DNA of 64,000 nt from Mantamonas sphyraenae STR306 (taxonomy: Eukaryota; Protista; CRuMs): contig JAPMXV010000012.1 of the NCBI GenBank assembly GCA_026936335.1, positions 1-64,000 of the forward strand, read 5' to 3'. The notes under the pieces are model-generated. The model did not search any database, had not been told where the DNA came from, and worked only from the letters and a program-made list of their open reading frames with translations. The position numbers were made by a program, and so were the translations under genes. Below, in pieces: positions 11,793 through 21,132 of this stretch. Numbering within the stretch: the stretch's first letter is position 1; each line of letters begins with the position of its first letter.

Positions 11793-14016
11793 TCGGCGTC
11801 GGCGTCGGCGTTGCTGTCGGTGACGGCGTCGGTGTTGGCGTGTCTGTTGGCGTTTCGGACGACGTTTCTGTCGGATCCTGGGACGCAGAGTTGGATTGTT
11901 GCTTCACAATGATCACCACATCCTTCGTTACGACCTCAAACTTCGTGGATTCGCACACGACGGTCTTGCCATGGAACTTTGACGCCGGCCCCAGTTGTCC
12001 CCCAATCTCGCAATCGACTTTCGCGTCTTTGGGCAACTCCTTGTCAAGCTCAATGTTCCACAGATCACCGTGATCATATTGCACAGCAACAACCTTGTAC
12101 GTTCCCGACGCACCGCCTGTGCCCCCTGCCCCTCCCTCGGCAACAGAAGCACCCCCGCGCTGCCCACGACCCTGGTTCCCTGCTTCCTGCACTTCAACAA
12201 CAATCACGTCCTCCTTTGTCAGTTCCGGAATCCTCGACGTGCAGAGCAACAGAGTTTCGTCCACTGCAATCGTCTGCACCGGGTTCCCATGAATCAAACA
12301 CGCAACATGTGTGTGCGGCGGCAACTCCTTGCCCAGGGTCACACGCCACATGTCATCCTGTTGAAGGTCCCTCTCCACCTTAATCACTTTGTACGTCCCT
12401 GACGCACCTGTGCCCTTTGCCCTTCCCTTCTCCTCTGTCCCTTTCTTCTTCGGCTCATGCTCCTCCATCCCCTTCTCCTCTGTCCCCTTCTTCTTCGTCC
12501 CCTCCTCCTCTGTCCCCTTCTTCTTCGTCCCCTCCTCCTCTGTCCCCTTCTTCTTCGTCCCCTCCTCCTCTGTCCCTTTCTTCTTCGGCTCATGCTCCTC
12601 CATCCCCTTCTCCTCCATCCCCTTCTCCTCTGTCCCCTTCTTCTTCGTCCCCTCCTCCTCTGTCCCCTCCTCCTCTGTCCCTTTCTTCTTCGGCTCATGC
12701 TCCTCCATCCCCTTCTCCTCTGTCCCCTTCTTCTTCGTCCCCTCCTCCTCTGTCCCCTTCTTCTTCGTCCCCTCCTCCTCTGTCCCCTTCTTCTTCGTCC
12801 CCTCCTCCTCTGTCCCTTTCTTCTTCGGCTCATGCTCCTCCATCCCCTTCTCCTCCATCTCCTTCTCCTCTGTCCCCTTCTTCTTCGTCCCCTCCTCTTC
12901 TGTCCCCTTCTCCTCTGTCCCTTTCTTCTTCGGCTCATGCTCCTCCATCCCCTTCTCCTCCATCTCCTTCTCCCCTGTCCCCTTCTTCTTCGTCCCCTCC
13001 ACCCCCTGCTCATTGTTCCCCTCTTCACTACGCGTTTGCGCATCAGAAGCATGACGTTGTGGGGTCTCCGCTTCATCGTGACGCACCTCACGCAACACAA
13101 GCAATTCTTCGTCCGGATTAAACTCATCTTCCAGCTCACAGATCACTGTCCGCATTCCAGCAGATGTCTCAATCAAGGCCCGACCATTGACCTTCTTGTT
13201 GTACACACATTCGTACTCCGTACCCTCCTTCACCGCCTCCTCCGTGTGCACGATCCACTTGTTGCCCGACTTGTGTACCAGACCGCCTTCCTTAACCTCC
13301 AGCTCCATGGGCGCTGCTTCCAACCACAGCTCGCCCACTGCCACTTTGTCCGCCACGTCCACACGGCAGGCCGCCAGCTGTACTCCTCCTTCGGGCGTAC
13401 TTGTATCAGACTTCACCATTGCCTTCCCCAAACGCTTCCCCTTGTACACACACACGTACGCCCCTCTAGGCAATCCATTGCCACTGAGCTTCAGCTTCCA
13501 CCAGTGCTTCTTCTCCTTCTGCTTGACCATCAGCGGCTCCACCGAGTCCACACCCTTGCTCGCCGCACCGCTTCCGCTCCCTGCCGCACTCGCTGCAACT
13601 GGCTTTGGTTCCTGTTCATGCACTTCCACCTCCTCCGTCTTTGGTTCTCCATCGAACATGCATAGCAGCGTGTGTTTCGGCTGCACCGTCGCAGCGCCGC
13701 GCCTTCCCTTCACCACACACTCGTATTGTTGCTCTGTCGACACCTCCTCCTCCACAACAACCTTAAACTCGTTCCCCTTCACCTTTTCCACACTCTCCAC
13801 CGTCAGCGCTCCCGCTGTCCAACATCCGCCCGTGCCAGGTCAGCAAACCTTCAAAAAATGCACACCTCTCCTCATCCCCCCCCCCCCGAAACTCCTGGCT
13901 CCCCGTCACACCGCTCGCCACTCACCATTGCCGTTACCCATCACCACAGCAACCATCATTGTCAACAAAATACCCGTAGCCACCGCGGCTGTTGGACTGC
14001 CTCGCATCCTTGGCAT
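10918..14016 (-). CDS. Type I membrane/surface protein: signal peptide, several Cys-pair IPT/TIG-like beta domains, K/E repeat block, PT stalks, one TM helix; intron 13815..13925
   Basis: Exon 1 MPRMRGSPTAAVATGILLTMMVAVVMG splices in phase 1 to the 960-aa ORF; (PT)n and (PEPT)n linkers; TM segment YFLALGAVVGVMGLVLL followed by KKRR. Confidence 0.8.
12420..13000 (-). repeat. Coding minisatellite of 15/30-nt units encoding EEEGTKKKGT, EEKGM and EEHEPKKKGT
   Basis: Repeated CTCTGTCCCCTTCTTCTTCGTCCCCTCCTC on the + strand. Confidence 0.95.
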
Positions 14017-14078
14017 TGACCTGACCACGACTTGTTTCCCCCAACTGCGCAGCCCGTGCGAACCCACCGCAACCACTC

Positions 14079-15053
14079 ATGTTTGCTCGTGCCACATCCA
14101 CCACCGTCGTAGCCCGCCCCGCCGCGGCTGCCGTCCTCCAAGCTTCCTCCTTTGCCACCTCCACCGTTTCGGCCGCAGACGACGCCGTCGAAAAAGTCGC
14201 CGTCATTGGCGCTGGCCTTATGGGCCGAGGCATCGCACAGGTTGCTGCCAACGAAGCTTCCAAGCAGGTCACCCTCATGGACACCAACCAGGCTCAGCTT
14301 GACGCTGCTCGCAACGTCATCGAGAAGCTCCTCGCCAAGGACGTCAAGAAGGGCAAGCTCGACCAGGACGCCGCAGACGCTGCTCTCGCACGCCTTACCA
14401 CCACCACAGACATTACCCAGGCCGTCCAGGGAGCCCAGGCTGTAATTGAGGCTGCTACTGAGGATCTGGGCATCAAGGAAAAGGTCCTCGCCTCCGTGTT
14501 TGACGCCCCCGACCTTCCGGAAAACGCAATCGTCGCCACAAACACCTCGTCGCTGCCCATCACCCGCGTCGCCGGATCCGTGCCATCGGACCGAGCCCAC
14601 CAGGTTGTAGGCATGCACTTTTTCAACCCTGTGCCCGTCATGCCCCTCGTCGAGGTCATCCCGGCTCTCCAAACCTCGGAGGACACCCTTGCACGCACCC
14701 TCGCTCTCGGCAAAGCCATGGGCAAGCAGGTCGTTCCTGTCGTCGACTCTCCCGGCTTTGTCGTCAACCGTATCCTCTGCCCTTACATCAACGAGGCCAT
14801 CAACGTCCTCGCTGAAGGCATTGCCACTGTCGAGGACATTGACAAGACCATGCGCCTCGGCACAAACGTGCCCATGGGCCCGCTCACTCTCGCCGACTTT
14901 GTGGGTCTCGACACCATGCTCTCCGTCATGCGCGTCTTCCACCGCGAGTTTGGCGACGACAAGTACCGCCCCAGCCCACTTCTCGTCAAGATGGTTGACG
15001 CCGGCTACTACGGCGTCAAGAGCGGCAAGGGCTTCTACGACCACGCCAAGTGA
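14079..15053 (+). CDS. HADH: 3-hydroxyacyl-/3-hydroxybutyryl-CoA dehydrogenase, mitochondrial precursor
   Basis: VIGAGLMGRGIAQ, IEAATE, ATNTSSL, GMHFFNPVPVM, DSPGFVVNR, PMGPLTLADFVGLD; N-terminus rich in Ala/Ser/Arg. Confidence 0.93.
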   Translation: MFARATSTTVVARPAAAAVLQASSFATSTVSAADDAVEKVAVIGAGLMGRGIAQVAANEASKQVTLMDTNQAQLDAARNVIEKLLAKDVKKGKLDQDAADAALARLTTTTDITQAVQGAQAVIEAATEDLGIKEKVLASVFDAPDLPENAIVATNTSSLPITRVAGSVPSDRAHQVVGMHFFNPVPVMPLVEVIPALQTSEDTLARTLALGKAMGKQVVPVVDSPGFVVNRILCPYINEAINVLAEGIATVEDIDKTMRLGTNVPMGPLTLADFVGLDTMLSVMRVFHREFGDDKYRPSPLLVKMVDAGYYGVKSGKGFYDHAK

Positions 15054-15115
15054 TCACCAAACCACAAAGATGCAATGCAACCTCACCTTTTTGTCCACCG
15101 GCGCATCCACACCAA

Positions 15116-15601
15116 ATGTCCACTGCCTCCTCTTCCTCCTCTTCTTCCACCTCGTCACGGCCAGTCGAGGGACTGCTCATTCAGGACATCCTGGACGACT
15201 TTCTCGCTGCCAACACCAAAGATGGCACAGGGCAATATGTAGACGAACTTGTGGAGCGCCTGCAGCCCGAGCAGCCTGTCCATTGCCTTCGGTACAAAAC
15301 CTCAAAGCAGATGGTCACCGCCATCGAAGCCGGCTACGTGCTCGTGACCTTTAGCGAGACCGATGGCGGTACAGAGCTGGGCATTCGAGTGGGGGACCGC
15401 GATGCACGCGTGGCCAACCCGCAGCAGGCCGACTTTGACACAAAGGAAGGCCACGTGCTTCTCACGGGCTACTGCAACCTCAACTTTACGCCCATCTGCG
15501 TGCAAGCCGACATCGATTTGGACACACAGAAGGGCACGGGCTATGTCAATGTCATGCAAGAGGACGCCTACACACAGGCAATGGGCTGGAAAGCGAAATG
15601 A
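15116..15601 (+). CDS. CBF-beta-like protein (resembles the bacterial standalone proteins often annotated 'MbtH domain protein')
   Basis: DELVERL..GYVLVTFSETDGGTELGIRV..ADFD...GHVLLTG...LNF......ADIDLDT.KGTG; intronless. Confidence 0.7.
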   Translation: MSTASSSSSSSTSSRPVEGLLIQDILDDFLAANTKDGTGQYVDELVERLQPEQPVHCLRYKTSKQMVTAIEAGYVLVTFSETDGGTELGIRVGDRDARVANPQQADFDTKEGHVLLTGYCNLNFTPICVQADIDLDTQKGTGYVNVMQEDAYTQAMGWKAK

Positions 15602-15652
15602 ACACCGACTGGGAATCTCGTCTTCCATTCTGGACACAGGCGTCTCCAAAAT

Positions 15653-18302
15653 TTACCAGCCGCTGGAACCGCGCGAGGACGAGCGGCTGCTGCTAGAGCG
15701 GCTGCTGCTGCGCGAGAAGCTGCTGCTAGAGCGGCTGCTGCGGCTGCTGCTGCTGCGCGAGAAGCTGCGGCTGAAGGACTTGCCGATGCTGGAGGCAGCA
15801 CGGCCCAGCGAGGTGCGCGAGGCATACGAGCCAATGCGGCTGGCAGTACGGCCAAGGCTGGTGCGCGAAGCGTACGAGCCAAGGCTGGATGCGGCACGCG
15901 ACAGAGAGCGCGTGAACGACGACGACGAGCGGCTGCTGCTGCTGCGGGAGGTGCTTGCGCGAGAGCTGTACGAGCGGTAGCTGCGGGTCGACGAGTAGGA
16001 CGACGAGCGCGAGCTGCGGGTCGGCGAGTAAGACGACGACGAGCGGCTGCTACGGCTGAACGAGCGCGTGAGGCTGGATGCAGCACGGCCCAGCGAGGTG
16101 CGCGAGGCATACGAGCCAAGGCTGGACGCAGCACGGCCCAGCGAGGTGCGCGAGGCATACGAGCCAAAGCGGCTCACGGAGCGGGTCAGGCTACGGGTCA
16201 GGCTGCCAGTGCGGACCGAGCTGAGGCTTCGGGTCAGGCTCGAGGCGCTGCGGCTGAAGCGGCTGGTCAGGCTCGAGGCGCTGCGGCCAAAGCTTCGGGT
16301 CAGGCTAGAGGCGGTGCGGCCGAAGCTTCGGGTCAGGCTAGAGGCGGTGCGGCCGAAGCTTCGGGTCAGGCTAGATGCGGTGCGGCTGAAGCGGCTGGTC
16401 AGGCTAGAGGCGGTACGGCCGAGACGTGTGCGCGAAGCGTACGAGCCGATGCGGCTGATGCTGCGGGCAGTGAAGCTGTCCAGCGGGTTCTTGATGCGCG
16501 ACTGCAGACCAAACGACTGATCCAGCGAGTTGGCCAGACCACGCACGGTGCTGCGAGAAAAGACGCTGGACACAGTGCGGCCCACACGGGTGCTGCGCAG
16601 AGACGACAGACCGCGGCTGACGGTCGAACCGATGGAACGGCCGATGCTCGAGGTGGCCACGCGCGAGATCACGCTGCGGCCGAGGGTCGTACCTGCGATA
16701 CCACGCACGGCAAGGCCACCCAGCTTGGTCACACGACCAAACGGGTTCACCAGACCGGTGGCACCGGCAATGGCGGCGTTGCGCACGCTTCCGGTCTTCA
16801 GGTACGAACCGGCAGCGGCACCGAGGCTACCACCAATGTAGGCACCAGCGGGACCACCGATGAGACCACCGATCGTACCACCTGCAATACCACCGTAGGT
16901 GGCGGCGTTCTTGGCCACATGGCGGCCGGCGGCACGCAGGCCCGAGGCGGCGTACGAGGCACCGGAACGGACAGCCGAAGCGGCCGAGTTGTAAGCACTG
17001 CTGGCCGTGCGCGAGACCCACGAGCGGAAGCCCTGGTCCATGTCCATGATCTCACCGTCGGCCTCAGCCTTCTCCGAGACGTACGACTTGACGTCGTCCA
17101 GGGCCTTGATGGCCTTGCCGACCTCAGCACCCATGGTCTCCAGCGGGGATGCCTTGACAAACAGGGCACCACGCGCCGTGAACGTGTGCGACAGACCGCG
17201 CACGCCGTTCTTGGCAATCGCACGCCACATCTTGATGGCCTTGTCTGCCTTCTTGATGCGTCCGCCCGCGCGCTTCAGCAGCACACGCATGCCGCTGTTC
17301 TTCGAGTTCTTGTACTCCCTCTTGAGCAGGTCGTAGCGACGGCGCATGCCGTGGCAGACAACCTTCCACTTGCGACGAGCATCCTCGGTCTGTGCTGCCA
17401 TGCGCTCGTACGAGTGCAGACGGGCACGGGGGATGCGCACCAGATGGCGCTCACGAACGATATGACCCCTGCAAGTGTGTGTTTGACGCTGTGTCAGTGT
17501 CCACTCTGGCCTCCTTGCAGAATCCTGCTCCCAAGCGCCGGTCCCAAACGCGGCCTTGGGAGGGTGTTTTTGCCCCAATTTCCTTCCGCCCCGCGCTCGT
17601 TTCCCGTACCCGCGTTGTTTCCGCACGCCACGCCCACTGAGCCAAATGCCCGCACCGTGGGATACTGCCAACACGCGCGGTCGCGAAAGGCAGCACACAG
17701 GTGTGCATCAGACGTTGCAGCAAGTTGGCGTGCGGGCGAGCGGGAAAACACGTTTGGACAAAGCGGTGGCGAGAAAAAAAGGGTCTCCACGCAAATTGCG
17801 TTTCGCAAACTTACAGCACCTTGCGGCGAGCCTTGAGGTCCTGGCTGTCAATCTTGACCAGACGGCCGCGAATGAAGACGCTGTCCTCATCAGAGACGTC
17901 GTCGCTGCTGCTGGAGGCTGCGCTTTCGCTGTCCTCCAGTTCGTCGTTCGAGTCTGCCGAATCGGTGGACTCGTTGGAGGAAACCTCCTGCTGCTGCTCC
18001 TGCTCTTCGTCGCTGGAGCTGCTGTCGCTGCTGGCCAGCAGCTGCTGGGCAACGGCAACCTCGTCCTCGGGCAGAGCGTCGGGGACGGCGGTGGCCTCGT
18101 CAAACAGCTGGGCGGTGCGGTCCGCAGCCTCATCGGCGGCGGTCTGCTCCGGAGTCTGCTCGGTTGCCACCTCGGCCGTGGCCGCCACCTCGGTCACAGC
18201 AGGGGCGGACACGACAGAGCGCTGCTCAGCCACGTTCTCGACTGACACAGCCGACACGGACGCAATGAGCAAGCATGCAATTGCGAAGAGAACGAAACGC
18301 AT
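15653..18302 (-). CDS. Secreted precursor A (767 aa): signal peptide, acidic pro-region, basic domain, Gly-zipper, Ser/Arg repeat tail; intron 17469..17814
   Basis: Signal MRFVLFAIACLLIASVSA; a phase-2 GTAAGT..TGCAG intron joins ORF 17811..18302 to ORF 15653..17698; paralog of precursor B. Confidence 0.85.
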
Positions 18303-18420
18303 GTTCAGAAAAGGGAAAAAGTGGGGATTGTGTGGCGAAGCAGGCGCTCGGCCTGGCGAGGCGATTTTTTTTCTCCTGGCTCATCGTGTGTTGTGCTTTC
18401 TGCTTCACGCCGCTAGCGAA

Positions 18421-21043
18421 TTACCAGCGGCCACCACGGCGGCCGCTGCTGCGTCGGCTGTACGAGCGAGTGCGGCGGGGGCGGTACGAACGCACACGAC
18501 GGGTCGGGCGACGGTACGTACGGCGGGGACGGTAGGTGCGCACACGACGCACACGACGGGTCGGGCGACGGTACGTACGGCGGGGACGGTAGGTGCGCAC
18601 ACGACGCACACGACGGGTCGGGCGACGGTACGTACGGCGGGGACGGTAGGTGCGCACACGACGCACACGACGGGTCGGGCGACGGTACGTGCGACGAGTC
18701 GGGCGGCGGTAGGTGCGCACACGACGCACACGACGGGTCGGGCGACGGTACGTACGGCGGGGACGGTAGGTGCGCACACGACGCACACGGCGGGTCGGGC
18801 GACGGTACGTGCGACGAGTCGGGCGGCGGTAGCGGTACGTGCGCACACGACGCACACGGCGGGTCGGGCGACGGTACGTGCGACGAGTCGGGCGGCGGTA
18901 GCGGTAGGTGCGCACACGACGCACACGGCGGGTCGGGCGACGAGTCACACGACGGCTCGGGCGGCGGTAGCGGTACGTGCGCACACGACGCACACGGCGG
19001 GTCGGGCGACGAGTCACACGACGGCTCGGGCGGCGGTAGCGGTACGTGCGCACACGACGCACACGACGGGTCGGGCGACGAGTCACACGACGGCTTGTGC
19101 GGCGCGACATCCTGCGAGCATAGCGCCTAGCAGTGGCACCGGTACGGCGAGTCGGGCGACGAGTCACACGACGGCTTGTGCGGCGCGACATCCTGCGCGC
19201 ATAGCGCCTGGCAGTGGCGTTCGAACGGCGAGTCGTCGACGTGCGCCTCACAAGGCTGCGGCGCGACATCCTGCGCGCATAGCGCTTGGCGGTCGCGGTC
19301 GACGATCTCCTGTTGGAGTAACGGCTGGCGAAGCGACGCAGGTTCTTGGCCGCACGCACGGTCGTCTTGCCCGCCCAGTTGCCAAAGCGCTTGGACAGAC
19401 GGTCGTAGCCGCTCAGCTTGCTGGCCGTGCTCCATGCATGTCCCTGAGCCTGCTTCACGGCAAACTTGCCTGCAGCGCGAGCAAGCTTGCTCAGGCGCGT
19501 GCGGCTAGAAATGTACTTGCTTGCGCTGCGGTACAGACCAGTGGCCCGGGTCACAGCACGGCGCACAAGAGCAGAGCGAGACGCGTACTTGCCGATCGAG
19601 CTCTTCTGCAACGAGCGCAGAGCACGTCCACCATAGCGATCAATCGTGCCTCGGATACCTCCGTTGGACTCCACAGCACGCACCACGCTCTTCACAGCAG
19701 AGTGGCCCAGCGCACGCGACACAACGCGCGTAATCGCAGCCTTGCCCCACGACGTCTTGGCTGCAATCTTGCCCACGGCGCCCACGCCGCGCAGCACACG
19801 GTCAAACGGGATAGCTCCCACCACGCCTGCAGTCACAGCCCTGGACGCACGCCTCGTGGTCAGGTAATCACCGGCAGCGCTGCCCAGAGCACCTCCAATG
19901 GCTGCTCCTGCGGGGCCAGCCACAAGACCACCGATAGCACCGCCTGCGATGCCACCGATCGTCGATGCGTTCTTGTACGCCACCTTGCCGGCCCAACGAG
20001 CACCACGTGCAGCATAGCTGCCTGCAGTCCTCACTGCGCTCGACGCCGCGTTGTACGCGCTGCTTGCCTTCGACGACACCCAGCTCCTAAAGCCGGCATC
20101 CTCCACCTCGTCAAACTTCCTCGAGCGGTACTGACGCAGAGCAGACAGGCCAGAAATGGCCTCGCCCACCTCGGCGTTCACCTCCTTCAGCGGGTTGTAG
20201 CGGACAAACAGCGACCCGCGCGAGCTCACGCGGTGGCTCAGACCACGCACGCCAGCCTTGGCAAAGCCACGCCACAGACCAATGGCGTTGTTGGCACGCT
20301 GCAGGCGCTTCGACACCAGACGCAGCATGCGGCGGTAAGAAGAGCTGGAGCGTCCGCGTGCGGAGGAAAGTTCCGAATCCAGACCCTTGCGCTCCTTGTG
20401 GAAGATGCCCACCAGATCCTTGTAGCGGCGGCGTGCCTTCTGCATACGGTACGCAACGTGCTCATACGACACCAGGCGCTCCGGCGCAACACGACGCAGA
20501 TGGCGTCGCCTCACGCACGTGCCACTGCAGGCGTGTGTGCACGTGTTAGCCTTTCGGAGTGCACGCAAGCACAAAAAAAGGGCGTTTCGTGAAAAAAAAA
20601 GGGGTTTCCGCCCACGCCGCTCAACCACCCCCTGTCGCATACCGGCAATCCCAAATCGCCCAAACTTACAACAGCTTCCTGCGCACACGCTTCGGCGGGA
20701 TGACGCCAATAAGGCGGGGCTTCACACGGATCGGCATCGAGCGGGCGTCCTCGACATCCTCGTCGCTGCTGCTGCTGCCTTCCTCTGAAGCATCCTCTGC
20801 CTCCACCTCGTCATCGCTGCTGCTGCTGTCGCTCTCCTCGACATCTGCCTCGTCGTTCTCGTTGTCCGAGTTGGACGACGACGAGGCGTTGTCCTGAGCC
20901 TCCTGCACCTCATCATCCGAAGACGACGAGTCAGACGACTGCATGAGCGTGTTCACGACCTCGCTCTCGCTTTCGCTGTCGGCATGCACTGCGGCCACGC
21001 ACGCGACCAGCATCATAGCCACCAAGACCAGGGTCACTCTCAT
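18421..21043 (-). CDS. Secreted precursor B (825 aa): signal peptide, acidic pro-region, basic domain, Gly-zipper, protamine-like Arg repeat tail; intron 20525..20669
   Basis: Signal MRVTLVLVAMMLVACVAAVHA; phase-2 GTAAGT..TGCAG intron at the position equivalent to A; shared GVRGLSH, RG.LFV, AEVG.AI and GFRSWVS motifs. Confidence 0.85.
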
Positions 21044-21132
21044 GGTGGGTAGTTTTTGGGTTTTGGGGGGGTTATTTGTGTGCCTCCACACGCGCGGTGC
21101 AGCCGCAGCCGCCTCCTCTCTCACCTCCTCGC

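Noticed and set aside
12420-19300. Regular repeat arrays as possible CRISPR arrays or satellites
   Set aside because: Units are multiples of 3, in frame and without unique spacers, in a eukaryotic genome with no cas genes.
17701-20592. 963-aa plus-strand ORF
   Set aside because: Antisense shadow of the repeat-rich precursor genes; the minus strand has signal peptides, splice sites and paralog conservation.
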